This document shows, piece by piece, positions 8,884 through 19,096 of a stretch of 64,000 nucleotides of DNA; position 1 is the first letter of the stretch, and the number at the start of each line of letters is the position of its first letter. Origin of the DNA: an uncultured Wenzhouxiangella sp. (GTDB lineage Bacteria > Pseudomonadota > Gammaproteobacteria > Xanthomonadales > Wenzhouxiangellaceae); the NCBI GenBank assembly GCA_913057195.1, contig CAJXNL010000006.1:70-64069 (forward strand). The letters are read 5' to 3'. The notes under the pieces are model-generated. The model was not told the origin of the DNA. It did no database searches and worked only from the letters and a program-made list of their open reading frames with translations. The position numbers and the translations under genes are program-made.

Positions 8884-11796
8884 ATGAAATCGATCGCTGT
8901 TCGTGGTGCGCGCACCCACAACCTGGCCAATGTGGATCTGGATTTGCCCAGAGACCGACTGATTGTCGTGACCGGGCTGTCGGGCTCTGGGAAATCCTCA
9001 TTGGCATTTGACACCATTTACGCCGAGGGTCAGCGACGGTATGTCGAGTCACTGTCGTCCTATGCACGGCAATTTCTCTCGATGATGGAAAAGCCCGATG
9101 TCGACCACATTGAGGGCTTATCGCCTGCCATTTCGATCGAACAAAAATCTGCCAGCCACAACCCTCGCTCAACGGTGGGCACCGTCACCGAGGTTCACGA
9201 TTATCTGAGACTGCTGTTTGCCCGAGTGGGCACACCGCACTGCCCTGACCACGGGGTTGCGTTGGATGCACAAACCGTCTCACAGATGGTCGATCATGTG
9301 AAAACGTATCCAGAGGGCAGTCGCCTGATGTTGTTGGCCCCTTTGGTCCGCAACCGCAAAGGTGAGCATCAACAACTTATCGAACAATTGAAATCGCAAG
9401 GGTTTGTGCGGGCACGCATCAACGGCGAGGTCATTGACCTTGACGATGGCATCCCGAAACTCTCGCTTCGTCAGAAACATACGATTGAAGCCGTGGTGGA
9501 TCGCTTTAAGGTTCGACCTGACATCGACCAACGACTGGCTGAAAGCTTTGAGACCGCTTTGGCCATGGCCGACGGGCTGGCCCTGATCGCGCCCATGCCA
9601 GAATCGAGCGACACGGCCAAAACGCACTCCAAAAAAGCCGCCAAGACGAACGATGCCAGCATTCAAGAACGGCTGTTCTCTGCGCGATTTGCATGCCCGG
9701 AGTGCGATTACAGCCTGGCTGAGATGGAGCCGCGCTTGTTTTCGTTCAACAACCCCTCGGGTGCATGTGAGACCTGCGACGGACTGGGGGTGAAACAGTT
9801 TTTTGATGCCGAGCGGGTGGTCTCGAAACCCGAGCTCTCATTGGCAGGCGGTGCGGTTCGGGGATGGGATCGACGCAATCCCTACTACTTCCAGATCTTG
9901 CAGGATTTGGCTGCGCATTATGACTTTGATCTGGACGTGCCATTCAAAAAGCTGCCCAAAAAGATTCGCCAAGTCCTGCTGCATGGCAGTGGCGGCGAGA
10001 AGATCCGCTTCCACTACCGAACCCACCGCGGCAGTCAAGCCAAACAGCATGCCTTCGTAGGCATCATCCCCAACATGGAGCGGCGATACCGAGACACTGA
10101 GTCGCGTGCGGTCCGAGACGAGCTGGCGCGCTATATCGCCACCCAGCCCTGTCCGGATTGCCACGGTCAACGGCTCAAACGGGCCGCACGTCATGTCACG
10201 GTCGGTGAGCATAACCTGGCCGAGATCTCGAGCTTTTCGATCGAACACGCTTTGGCTTTTTTTCAACAACTGGAATTGGCCGGTTGGCGTGGCGAGATTG
10301 CCACGAAAATACTCAAAGAGGTCATCGAGCGACTGCAGTTTTTGGTCAATGTGGGCCTAGATTACCTCACGTTGGACCGCCAGGCTGACACCCTGTCGGG
10401 GGGTGAGGCCCAGCGGATTCGGCTCGCCAGCCAAATTGGTGCGGGGCTTGTGGGCGTGATGTATGTGCTCGATGAGCCGTCCATTGGGCTGCATCAAAGA
10501 GACAACGATCGGCTCTTGGCGACCTTGATGCGCCTTCGCGATCTGGGCAACACTGTGATTGTGGTCGAACACGACGAGGACGCCATTCGCGCTGCCGATC
10601 ACGTTGTCGACATTGGCCCAGGACCCGGCGTTCATGGTGGGCAAATTGTGTTCAGTGGACCACCGGCTGGCTTGGCACAATGCACCACCTCCCTGACCGG
10701 CGATTACCTGTCAGGCCGGCAATCGATCGATGTTCCAACCAAGCGTCAGCCGTTTGATCCCAAAAAAGTCCTCAAGGTGGAGGGGGCGAGCGGTCACAAC
10801 CTTAAAAACGTGACCCTCGAGATTCCTGCCGGGCACATGGTGTGTGTGACCGGCGTGTCGGGTTCGGGCAAATCCACCTTGATCAATGACACCCTTTATC
10901 GCCTTTTGGCTCGGGAACTTAACCGTTCGCCCGACAACCCTGCCCCGTACAAAAAAGCGCAAGGCCTCGAGTGGTTTGACAAAGTCGTAGAGATTGACCA
11001 AAGCCCCATCGGGCGCACCCCTCGCTCCAATCCCGCAACATACACCGGCGTGTTCACCCCCATTCGCGAGCTGTTTGCGGGCACCGCTGAAGCGCGATCT
11101 CGCGGTTACAAGCCGGGACGGTTTTCATTCAATGTGAAAGGTGGCCGATGCGAGGCATGCCAAGGGGATGGAATGATTCGGGTTGAGATGCATTTCTTAC
11201 CCGATATTTTTGTGCCTTGCGATGTCTGTCACGGCAAGCGCTATAACCGCGAAACACTCAGCGTGCACTACAAAGGAAAAAGCATCCACGACGTGTTGTC
11301 AATGACCGTTGAAGATGCCCTGGCTTTTTTTGAGCCTGTGCCCGCGGTGGCCAAGCGTCTACAAACGATGATGGATGTCGGTTTGAGTTATTTAACGCTG
11401 GGCCAAAGCGCCATCACCCTATCTGGCGGTGAGGCACAACGAATCAAGTTGTCTCGGGAATTGTCCAAACGCGATACCGGCAATACGCTGTACATTCTGG
11501 ACGAGCCCACCACCGGGCTGCATTTTCATGACATCAAACAGCTGCTGGGTGTCTTGCACCGTTTGCGCGATCATGGCAACACGGTGGTGGTGATTGAGCA
11601 TAATCTCGATGTGATAAAGACGGCGGATTGGATTGTGGACTTAGGACCTGAGGGGGGTGAGCGCGGTGGTTGCATCATCGCCACCGGCACACCCGAACAC
11701 ATCGCCAAGAGCAAAGACTCTTGGACAGGTCAGTATTTGGCGCCCATGTTGGGGCTTGATCGCAGCAAGATAAAGCGCAAGACCGCCCAGTCATAA
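8884..11796 (+). CDS. uvrA: excinuclease ABC subunit A
   Basis: Starts [14 protein letters not shown]. Two ABC modules ([27 protein letters not shown]), LSGGEAQR signatures and zinc-finger cysteines (CPECDY...CETCDG; CEACQGDG...CDVCHGKRY). Start at the ATG at 8884 (verified); the track ORF starts at 8632 inside rplU antisense. Confidence 0.97.
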   Translation: MKSIAVRGARTHNLANVDLDLPRDRLIVVTGLSGSGKSSLAFDTIYAEGQRRYVESLSSYARQFLSMMEKPDVDHIEGLSPAISIEQKSASHNPRSTVGTVTEVHDYLRLLFARVGTPHCPDHGVALDAQTVSQMVDHVKTYPEGSRLMLLAPLVRNRKGEHQQLIEQLKSQGFVRARINGEVIDLDDGIPKLSLRQKHTIEAVVDRFKVRPDIDQRLAESFETALAMADGLALIAPMPESSDTAKTHSKKAAKTNDASIQERLFSARFACPECDYSLAEMEPRLFSFNNPSGACETCDGLGVKQFFDAERVVSKPELSLAGGAVRGWDRRNPYYFQILQDLAAHYDFDLDVPFKKLPKKIRQVLLHGSGGEKIRFHYRTHRGSQAKQHAFVGIIPNMERRYRDTESRAVRDELARYIATQPCPDCHGQRLKRAARHVTVGEHNLAEISSFSIEHALAFFQQLELAGWRGEIATKILKEVIERLQFLVNVGLDYLTLDRQADTLSGGEAQRIRLASQIGAGLVGVMYVLDEPSIGLHQRDNDRLLATLMRLRDLGNTVIVVEHDEDAIRAADHVVDIGPGPGVHGGQIVFSGPPAGLAQCTTSLTGDYLSGRQSIDVPTKRQPFDPKKVLKVEGASGHNLKNVTLEIPAGHMVCVTGVSGSGKSTLINDTLYRLLARELNRSPDNPAPYKKAQGLEWFDKVVEIDQSPIGRTPRSNPATYTGVFTPIRELFAGTAEARSRGYKPGRFSFNVKGGRCEACQGDGMIRVEMHFLPDIFVPCDVCHGKRYNRETLSVHYKGKSIHDVLSMTVEDALAFFEPVPAVAKRLQTMMDVGLSYLTLGQSAITLSGGEAQRIKLSRELSKRDTGNTLYILDEPTTGLHFHDIKQLLGVLHRLRDHGNTVVVIEHNLDVIKTADWIVDLGPEGGERGGCIIATGTPEHIAKSKDSWTGQYLAPMLGLDRSKIKRKTAQS

Positions 11797-12344
11797 AGCG
11801 CGTGAACGAGCACAACCAGCACAATGTTCTGGCTGGCTTGATAAAGCAGTCCCAGATAAACCCCCATCACCATGGTCACCAGCACGTAGTACCGATTGAG
11901 GGCATGGGCCAGCCCAAACACAATGGACGCTGAGATCAGGCCAAAGCCAACGCCACCCCAGTCAGTCAGGCTTTGCTGGATCACGCCGCGAAACAACAGC
12001 TCTTCGCCCGTGCCAGCCGCCAAAGCAATGAGCACCAGTCCACCCGCGGGGAGGTTTTGAAACAAAGGCACAAGGTGCTGATTGACCGGCTCATTGAGCA
12101 CCTTCACCCAGCGCCAATCGCTCCGAGTGAGCACCCACATCGCCCCCACCAGCGGCACGGTCGCGATCACCGCCCAATTGAGGGTCGCGGTATCCCAAAC
12201 CATCCGCTCAACCAAATCAAGTCCCACCCAAGCCGCAATGGCCCACGCCACAGCGCCCAAACCCAGCTCAAAGCCCACAACGGAGGCCAGCGTTTGCCAT
12301 GGACCGGTTACTTTGGATGGAGTGTGCGGGTCTTGTTGGGCCAT
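11730..12344 (-). CDS. CPBP family intramembrane glutamic endopeptidase (CAAX protease-like)
   Basis: Polytopic membrane protein with GEELLFRG and FGLAHAL motifs and a distal LVHALYDW. Start at the ATG at 12344 (verified) or 12404. Its 3' end overlaps the uvrA 3' end by 67 nt. Confidence 0.8.
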   Translation of the reverse strand: MAQQDPHTPSKVTGPWQTLASVVGFELGLGAVAWAIAAWVGLDLVERMVWDTATLNWAVIATVPLVGAMWVLTRSDWRWVKVLNEPVNQHLVPLFQNLPAGGLVLIALAAGTGEELLFRGVIQQSLTDWGGVGFGLISASIVFGLAHALNRYYVLVTMVMGVYLGLLYQASQNIVLVVLVHALYDWAVLRFILLRSSPNMGAKY

Positions 12345-12430
12345 GTTGGTCCTTGTATGTCCTGTCAGCCAACCACATTCTGAGCGGTTATCATAATGGC
12401 GCATCTAAACCGTGTGAGGCCAATCACCCA

Positions 12431-12853
12431 ATGCAAAAAGCATTTTCTTGCGTCTTGGACGTCTTATGGGGCGACTTAGACCCCTACAACCACGTGGGGA
12501 ATGTCACTCACCTGCGGTTAATCGAAGAGTGTCGAGCGCGGTGGATGGAAACCGTGCCCAGCGATTGGCAAGGCATCAATCAAGGTCCCGTGGTCGCCAA
12601 CATCAACCTTGATTATCGTCGGCCCATTCTCTGGCCGGCCAGTGTCCGGGTGTCCATTGAGCCTATCCGTGTTGGCCGCAGCAGCTTGGTTCTGGGTCAT
12701 ACCCTCGAAGCCGTCGACCCCGTCAACGAGGACCAACCCATTTACGCCGAGGGGCAAACAACCTTGGTTTGGATTGACAAAGCCTCTGGCCAATCGGTCC
12801 CACTGCCTGAGGTGATGCGCACGCTCGCCGGCGCTGAGGGCCCACCGAGTTAA
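12431..12853 (+). CDS. acyl-CoA thioesterase, 4HBT/YbgC-like hotdog fold
   Basis: 140 aa from the ATG at 12431 (verified). DLDPYNHVGNVTHLRLIEE is typical of the 4-hydroxybenzoyl-CoA thioesterase family. Confidence 0.75.
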   Translation: MQKAFSCVLDVLWGDLDPYNHVGNVTHLRLIEECRARWMETVPSDWQGINQGPVVANINLDYRRPILWPASVRVSIEPIRVGRSSLVLGHTLEAVDPVNEDQPIYAEGQTTLVWIDKASGQSVPLPEVMRTLAGAEGPPS

Positions 12854-13614
12854 GCCTTTCTCAAGCGGTCGGCCAAAGCCTGCATGGTCTGCTGCGTTTC
12901 TTCGCTAAACCAGCCCTCCACGAACCGATCCAAATCCATCGCGCCGGGCGCTTTAAAACTCTCAATGAGACTTTTCCGGCAAATGGCACGTGTTGTGAGC
13001 ATCGCTTGTCGTGGCATGGACAAGTGCTCAGCCAGCCAATCGCCAGCGCGCTGGATCACCTGGTCAGGTTCGACCACCTCATCCACCAAGCCCACTGCCT
13101 GTGCAGACTCAGCGTCAACCATTTGGCCTGCGACCAAATGACGTTCTGCCGGATAGGCGCCAATCAGTCGAACCAATGCTTCATGGATCACCGGGGGCAC
13201 AACCAAACCGACTTGGACCTCATTGAGGCCCAGCTGAAAAGGCCCACGCGCTTGAATGCGATAGTCTGCAAAAAGCGCAATGACCGTGCCCCCAGCGGGG
13301 CTGTGTCCGGTTAGACCCGCGACGATGGGCATGGGGCTGGCGGCGACCTGCTCAAGCAACCCAAAAAAATCGGTCCAAAAGGCCCGCATCCCGGTCTCAT
13401 CGAGTCGCAGCAATTCAGGGACATCGAGCCCGGCAGAAAATACACCCGGCTGCCCGGTCAGAACCACCCCATCAACGCCTTGCCGAGCGGCCTCATTGAG
13501 CGCCTCCCGAAGTGTGGCCACCATCGCTGGGTTCAGGGCATTGGCCGGTGGTCGGTTCAGGGCAATGACGCGAACGCCGTTTTCATGATCGGCGACTTTC
13601 ACTAAATCAGACAT
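12850..13614 (-). CDS. enoyl-CoA hydratase/isomerase family protein
   Basis: Crotonase-fold signature (VIALNRPPANALN..., VLTGQPGVFSAGLDV..., GHSPAGG). Start at the ATG at 13614 (verified) or 13644. Confidence 0.85.
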   Translation of the reverse strand: MSDLVKVADHENGVRVIALNRPPANALNPAMVATLREALNEAARQGVDGVVLTGQPGVFSAGLDVPELLRLDETGMRAFWTDFFGLLEQVAASPMPIVAGLTGHSPAGGTVIALFADYRIQARGPFQLGLNEVQVGLVVPPVIHEALVRLIGAYPAERHLVAGQMVDAESAQAVGLVDEVVEPDQVIQRAGDWLAEHLSMPRQAMLTTRAICRKSLIESFKAPGAMDLDRFVEGWFSEETQQTMQALADRLRKA

Positions 13615-13766
13615 GGCTTCGGCCTCTGTTGGTCGGTGATGCACAAAAGGTGATTAAGATGAGGGGCTTTTCACTCGCCCCATAGGCCAAACTCTACACC
13701 AACTCACCCACCCACGGATCCGATTTATTGGATAATGGAGGGGTCCACCGATTCTGGAGAGCCACC

Positions 13767-14186
13767 ATGAAATTCAGCCACGCGATTCTCACTGCCTTAT
13801 TGATGGCGTTGTCGAGCACAACCTTGGCCGCGCTGGCGTTTGATGACCCGTGGTCGCCGCTGGCTCCGCCGGGACGGACCATGGCTGGATTTATGGTGCT
13901 CAGCAACACCGGTGACGCCCCGATTGCCTTGGTGGATGGTGAAAGCCCCCAGTTTGGTCGCATTGAAATCCATGACATGATCAAAGAAGACGGTGTCATG
14001 CGCATGCGCCGACTCGAGGCGCTCAACATTCCCCCTGGCGAGGATGTGGTGCTCGCCTCTGGCGGGTTTCATATCATGCTGATGGAGCCGTTGACCACTT
14101 TTGAAGCCGGCGATCAAATCGAACTGTCATTGATTGATGCCGCCGGTCAACGTCACACCACTCAATTGGAGGTTCGACCCCGCTAA
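13767..14186 (+). CDS. periplasmic copper chaperone PCu(A)C (DUF461)
   Basis: Signal peptide MKFSHAILTALLMALSSTTLAALA. The segments ...MAGFMVLSNTGDAPIALV..., IEIHDM...DGVMRMR and GGFHIMLM match H(M)x10Mx21HxM-type PCuAC proteins. Confidence 0.85.
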   Translation: MKFSHAILTALLMALSSTTLAALAFDDPWSPLAPPGRTMAGFMVLSNTGDAPIALVDGESPQFGRIEIHDMIKEDGVMRMRRLEALNIPPGEDVVLASGGFHIMLMEPLTTFEAGDQIELSLIDAAGQRHTTQLEVRPR

Positions 14187-14797
14187 CGCTGGGCCAGCTT
14201 CGATAAAACCTCGGCGGTGGCCCCCCAGATGGGCCACTGTCCGCCCTGCAGACGCCAAATCTGATACCGATGCACTCGCCCGGACTGAGACAGACGCACT
14301 TGGTGGGTCGAATATCGATCGAGGTTGAGGACCTCGGCCAGAGGCCACAGGAAAATCTGACTGACTTCTCGCTCGTGCGCGATCAGACCGACGGGCCGAT
14401 CCACCCAAGCCACCACCGGAGACACGGTGTATCCGGTCAGGGTCGAAACAGGCGGCAAAACCCCCAACACTGTCGCCTCACTGGGATCCAACCCCACCTC
14501 CTCGTGGGCTTCCCGAAGGGCGGTGGCCTCGGGAAATGACTCGCCGGGGTGGCGCCGCCCACCGGGCAATGCCACTTGACCCGCATGCTGGGGCACACCG
14601 TTGGCACGCACCGTCAACACGACGCTGGGCTCAGGCCGAGCCAGACACGCCACAAGCACCGCAGCCTGTTGTTTTTGAGTCTCTTGGTCGCGGATAAAAG
14701 AACCCCCGCTGAGCCCAGAGGCATCAGCAGGGGCGGATGGGGCTTGCAACGAGGCCAGTTGAACAGCGCTGACCAAGCGGCTTTTGAGATCACTCAT
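14183..14797 (-). CDS. CoA pyrophosphatase-type NUDIX hydrolase
   Basis: Nudix box GGRRHPGESFPEATALREAHEEVGL with NudL-like context. Start at the ATG at 14797 (verified), overlapping the upstream DUF1289 gene by 8 nt. Confidence 0.8.
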   Translation of the reverse strand: MSDLKSRLVSAVQLASLQAPSAPADASGLSGGSFIRDQETQKQQAAVLVACLARPEPSVVLTVRANGVPQHAGQVALPGGRRHPGESFPEATALREAHEEVGLDPSEATVLGVLPPVSTLTGYTVSPVVAWVDRPVGLIAHEREVSQIFLWPLAEVLNLDRYSTHQVRLSQSGRVHRYQIWRLQGGQWPIWGATAEVLSKLAQR

Positions 14798-14987
14798 CCT
14801 CGAATAATTGCTCCGCTCGCCTCGGCAATTGCTCGATGATCGCTCGACGCTGCTCATGACTGTAGCTGAGCCAGTCACCAATCTCTTCAGCCGTTCGAAA
14901 GCAGCCGATGCAGTGTCCTGAATCTCCGAGCGTGCAAATGCTGACGCACGGAGACTCAATGGTGGGCCAAAGGGTGGCTGCGGTCAT
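14790..14987 (-). CDS. DUF1289 family cysteine-cluster protein (YdhL-like)
   Basis: 65 aa. SPCVSICTLGDSGHCIGCFRTAEEIGDW is the characteristic DUF1289 Cys pattern. Confidence 0.8.
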   Translation of the reverse strand: MTAATLWPTIESPCVSICTLGDSGHCIGCFRTAEEIGDWLSYSHEQRRAIIEQLPRRAEQLFEDE

Positions 14988-15011
14988 CGTGTTATCCCAC
15001 GCAAGCCTGTA

Positions 15012-15740
15012 TTACGGGGTCATGCCTTCTTGCGCCTGCTGCTCCTCGAAGCCCTCTGGGGCACCGATTTGGACCAACCGAAGATCAAATTGCAGCGCTT
15101 CGTTGGGACCAATCACCGGTGGATCACCACGGACGCCGAACGCGAGCTCAGGTGGCAAAAACACCTGCCACATGGCGCCTTCTCGCATCAACGGCAGGAT
15201 TTCTTGCCAACCGGGGATCACAGAGTTGACCTCAAACACGGCCGGCACGCCGCGACGGAAGGAGCTGTCGAATTCGCGCCCGTCAGTCTTTGATCCTCGG
15301 TAGTGAACGGTCACAACATCATCCATTGTTGGACGCTCACCTTCACCCTCTTCAATCACCCGGTACTGCACACCGCTGGGCAAAGAGACAATGCCATTTT
15401 TGGATTCGTTTTCATTTAAAAACTCTTCTGCACGCGCCTGATTTTCTTCAGCCAGTGCCTCAAACTCTGCCATGCGCTCTTCGCGAATGCGCTCTTGGAG
15501 TGCAACCATCCGCTCGCGCATTTCTTCGACTGCAACGGCCGGTTCTTCGCCGTTGTAGGCCGCACCGATCGCAGCGTAAACCGCCTCTAAATCCAAATCG
15601 ATGTCGTAGCTTTGGAGCTCTGCGCCAAACTCATAACCGATTGAATAGCCCAGACGCTCTTCTTCTGACGTCATGTCTTGCGCGGCCGCGTGCGCGACCA
15701 ATCCTGTTGCCATCAACAGACCCACTGCGGTCTTAATCAT
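15012..15740 (-). CDS. fkpA: FKBP-type peptidyl-prolyl cis-trans isomerase, FkpA/Mip-like
   Basis: Signal peptide, an N-terminal helical dimerisation region and a C-terminal FKBP domain (GVQYRVIEEGEG...VTVHYRGSKTDGREFDSS...VIPGWQE). Confidence 0.88.
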   Translation of the reverse strand: MIKTAVGLLMATGLVAHAAAQDMTSEEERLGYSIGYEFGAELQSYDIDLDLEAVYAAIGAAYNGEEPAVAVEEMRERMVALQERIREERMAEFEALAEENQARAEEFLNENESKNGIVSLPSGVQYRVIEEGEGERPTMDDVVTVHYRGSKTDGREFDSSFRRGVPAVFEVNSVIPGWQEILPLMREGAMWQVFLPPELAFGVRGDPPVIGPNEALQFDLRLVQIGAPEGFEEQQAQEGMTP

Positions 15741-15889
15741 GTTGCCTCCATAGCTTGGCTTATCGGGAACCTCGACATTCTAACCGACCGGTGAGCAGGA
15801 TACACCCTCGATTCCATCCCTCGTTTGATTTTTCCTCACGCTACAATACGCCCACATTCATGCCCTTCTCAGCGGATGGAACCCAAACC

Positions 15890-16672
15890 ATGGACCTTAA
15901 GAATTTGTTAGTGACCGCCGCCGACGGCGTCACCACCATCACCATCAACCGCCCAGACAAGCTCAATGCCCTCAATCAAGCCACATTGGCCGAGCTCGAC
16001 CATGTGGTCGGCACAACCGCCCAAGACCCAAGCACGCGCGTCATCGTGATCACCGGACAAGGTCAAAAAGCGTTCGTCGCGGGTGCCGACATCAAAGAAA
16101 TCAATCACTTATCGCCTTTGAAAGCCCATCAGTTCTCGCAGTATGGCCAGCAGGTGATGCGTCGCATTGAGCGACTGGACAAGCCTGTCATCGCCATGGT
16201 GAACGGCTTCGCGCTGGGCGGAGGACTGGAGCTGGCACTGGCCTGTCACCTTCGATTGGCCAGCGATAAGGCTCAACTGGGCCTGCCGGAGGTCAAATTG
16301 GGCATTCTGCCAGGGTTTGGGGGCACACAACGACTGACCCGGTTGATTGGCCGTGGCCAGGCGCTGTCGATGATGCTCACCGGCGAGCCCGTGGATGCAC
16401 CGACGGCCGCTTCGATGGGCCTGGTCAACCAAACCGTCGGTGCCGAGGCCTTGCTTGAGACGACCATGCGCCTTGCCGCGCAACTTGCCCAATCGGCACC
16501 GGCAGCGATGGCCGGCATTTTGGAGGCGGCGGTGCTCGGTGAGGACATGGATTTGACGTCTGCGCTGTCGCTGGAGACCGCTCGCTTTGCCCTGGCCTGC
16601 GCCAGCGAAGACATGAAAGAGGGCACGCAGGCCTTTTTGGACAAGCGCGCGCCTCAGTTCACCGGCAACTGA
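15890..16672 (+). CDS. enoyl-CoA hydratase (crotonase family)
   Basis: Contains ITINRPDKLNALN, VITGQGQKAFVAGADIKE, NGFALGGGLELALAC and a C-terminal KEGTQAFLDKRAPQF. Start at the ATG at 15890 (verified) or 15860; the track ORF starts at 15755. Confidence 0.9.
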   Translation: MDLKNLLVTAADGVTTITINRPDKLNALNQATLAELDHVVGTTAQDPSTRVIVITGQGQKAFVAGADIKEINHLSPLKAHQFSQYGQQVMRRIERLDKPVIAMVNGFALGGGLELALACHLRLASDKAQLGLPEVKLGILPGFGGTQRLTRLIGRGQALSMMLTGEPVDAPTAASMGLVNQTVGAEALLETTMRLAAQLAQSAPAAMAGILEAAVLGEDMDLTSALSLETARFALACASEDMKEGTQAFLDKRAPQFTGN

Positions 16673-17679
16673 TCCGGATCTTGACCGGCCTGGCCGGCAT
16701 ACTTGAGCTCACCGGCTTCGATTGGGAAATCAATTCGGTTGCCCGGTGGCGGCAGTGGGCAGGTGGTGAAGGCATTAAACGCGCACGGTGGGTTGTAGGC
16801 CCGATTGAAGTCCAGCACCACCAAACCCTCGTCATTGGGCAAGTCAGAGTACAGGAATCGGCCCAACCCGTAGGTGTCCTTGCCAGAGGTTCGATCCGCG
16901 AAAATAAAAAAGAACTCGCGCCCTGACTCTGCCTCAATGGCTTCGAGTGAGAACGTCTCGCCCCCCAGCTCGAAGACCACTCGCCCTGGGTTGGGCTGAT
17001 CGAGCATCTCGCCCAACACGGTGGCGGTGGGGATGGTTGTGCCCGGCGGGTGCGCCTCGAATTCCGCCACCACTTGGAACGTTCGATCCAAGGGGTAATG
17101 GTCTAGACCCACAAAGTTCTCACGCGCGCGGGAATTGGGATCACGCACCCGAACCGCCCAATCGCCTTTACGGATCGCCATATAAAAATGCGCATCACCA
17201 CCGCCTACGCGGCTGGTGGTGGCCGCATCACCAGCCACCGATAGCCGCACCGCACCGGGCAACGGTGGATCACCTTGGTCGGGATGGGGATGCGACACCG
17301 TCACTTCATCGCTCACGGCGGCATCTGGCACGAACCAGGCTTGATCATCACCCAGCACAAGCTCCCCCCAAATCTCAGGGCCTGTGGGCATGCCCACCAC
17401 GGCTTGATCACTGGCCCCCACAGTCCAAAGGCCCGGCTCGTAAAAATCCAGCGCCGCCAGAGACAAATAGCCATCCGGCATGAGCAAGCGCTCCAGGCGT
17501 GCATCACGCCAAGCCAGGGTGTTTTCAGACCAGGTCTGATCATTCCATGTCGCTTGAGTCGGTTGGGCAGAATGACGATCGGGCTCAGGTGCCGTGGCTG
17601 AGGGATCACCCCCTTGGCACGCAGCCAACACCCACACCGCAATCAGGCTTGCCCATCGCGTCCACTTAGCCTGTCCCAT
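16654..17679 (-). CDS. DUF1684 domain-containing lipoprotein
   Basis: The C-terminal NRAYNPPCAFNAFTTCPLPPPGNRI is the DUF1684 hallmark. The internal ATG at 17679 (verified) gives MGQAKWTRWASLIAVWVLAAC, a lipobox. The track ORF extends to 17946 across manC. Confidence 0.8.
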   Translation of the reverse strand: MGQAKWTRWASLIAVWVLAACQGGDPSATAPEPDRHSAQPTQATWNDQTWSENTLAWRDARLERLLMPDGYLSLAALDFYEPGLWTVGASDQAVVGMPTGPEIWGELVLGDDQAWFVPDAAVSDEVTVSHPHPDQGDPPLPGAVRLSVAGDAATTSRVGGGDAHFYMAIRKGDWAVRVRDPNSRARENFVGLDHYPLDRTFQVVAEFEAHPPGTTIPTATVLGEMLDQPNPGRVVFELGGETFSLEAIEAESGREFFFIFADRTSGKDTYGLGRFLYSDLPNDEGLVVLDFNRAYNPPCAFNAFTTCPLPPPGNRIDFPIEAGELKYAGQAGQDPDQLPVN

Positions 17680-19096
17680 AAAAATCCTCCAAGCGTTCCA
17701 TGTCATCCTCACCCAGGTACTCACCGGTTTGAACTTCAATGACTTCGATCGTATCACCGGTCTTGTTCTCCAGTCGATGCGGACAGGCCACGGGAATGGC
17801 CACGGTGTGACCCGCTTCCAACAGCTGGTGGTCTTCACCGACCTGAACTTGCGCTTGGCCTTTGACCACCGTCCAGTGTTCGCTGTGTCGGTGATGAATC
17901 TGCAGCGACAACACCCCACGCGGTTTAATGCGCAATCGCCGAACACGACAGTGGCGGGTGTCTTCGAGCACGGTGTAGGTGCCCCATGGCCGATGGGTGG
18001 TTGCGTGGTGAGTCACCGTGGCGTGGTTGTGGCGCTGCAGTTCATCGACAATCGCTTTGACCTCTTGTGCGCGGTCTTTTTGTGCGACCAACACCGCATC
18101 TTCAGTATCCACAATCACCAGATCTTGGATGCCCACCGCCGCGATCAAGCGCCGCTCTGCTTGGATAAAGTTGTTGTTGCCATCGATCAACACGACTTCG
18201 CCCTGGATCCGATTGCCCGAGCGATCACTTTCATAGAGATCGCTGATCGCCTGCCATGAGCCGATGTCCGACCAACCACAATCCATCGGCACCACGGCTC
18301 GTTGAGTGGCTTTTTCCATCACCGCAAAATCAATCGATTCAGAGCGTACCTTTGAAAACAATCGCGCCGGCAACTCGATGGGGTCGCTTGTCGCATCCAC
18401 CTCTTCCCAGACACGGTTCATGGCCTGGGCAATGTCTGGGCTTTGTTCATCAACCGCTGTCAAAATGCTGCGGGCGGTAAAACAAAACATGCCGGCATTC
18501 CACAAGAATTCGCCAGAGCGCAGATACCGCTCGGCGGTTTCAAGATCAGGCTTTTCCACAAAGGCATCAATCTCCAACCCACCCCCAGGCAAATCGGCCG
18601 CGGCTCGGATGTAGCCATAGCCGGTCTCAGGGTGAGTTGGCTGGACACCCAAACAGGTCAGCCAACCCTGCTCTGCCAATGCGCCGGCCGCCTCGACCGC
18701 TTGGCCAAAAACGCTCATGTCTTTAATCAGGTGATCTGCCGGCATAACCAACAGCTTGGCCTCATCACCAAAGCGCTCAGCCACCCAACGTGCAGCCGCC
18801 ACAATGGCCGGGGCAGTGTTTCGACCCTCCGGCTCCAACAAGAAATGGTGGTTGGCATCCGGGCGGATGGATTGGTAGATGTCTCGAGTCAGAAAATAAT
18901 GATCGCGGCTGGTTACCGTGAGGGTGGTCGGCGATGCCGAAGTCGATCCATCGGCCACTGCCAGAGCGCGTTTGATGGTTGCTCCCGCCAGGGTTTCGCC
19001 GTCGGCTAAGCGCATAAACGGCTTGGGGTGGGCTTTTCTGGACACCGGCCACAGCCGCGTTCCCGCGCCCCCAGACAAAATCACTGGAATCAACAT
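17666..19096 (-). CDS. manC: mannose-1-phosphate guanylyltransferase / mannose-6-phosphate isomerase (type II PMI-GMP)
   Basis: Starts MLIPVILSGGAGTRLWPVSR and has a C-terminal cupin (HRHSEHWTVVKGQAQV...). Start at the ATG at 19096 (verified). Confidence 0.92.
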   Translation of the reverse strand: MLIPVILSGGAGTRLWPVSRKAHPKPFMRLADGETLAGATIKRALAVADGSTSASPTTLTVTSRDHYFLTRDIYQSIRPDANHHFLLEPEGRNTAPAIVAAARWVAERFGDEAKLLVMPADHLIKDMSVFGQAVEAAGALAEQGWLTCLGVQPTHPETGYGYIRAAADLPGGGLEIDAFVEKPDLETAERYLRSGEFLWNAGMFCFTARSILTAVDEQSPDIAQAMNRVWEEVDATSDPIELPARLFSKVRSESIDFAVMEKATQRAVVPMDCGWSDIGSWQAISDLYESDRSGNRIQGEVVLIDGNNNFIQAERRLIAAVGIQDLVIVDTEDAVLVAQKDRAQEVKAIVDELQRHNHATVTHHATTHRPWGTYTVLEDTRHCRVRRLRIKPRGVLSLQIHHRHSEHWTVVKGQAQVQVGEDHQLLEAGHTVAIPVACPHRLENKTGDTIEVIEVQTGEYLGEDDMERLEDFYGTG

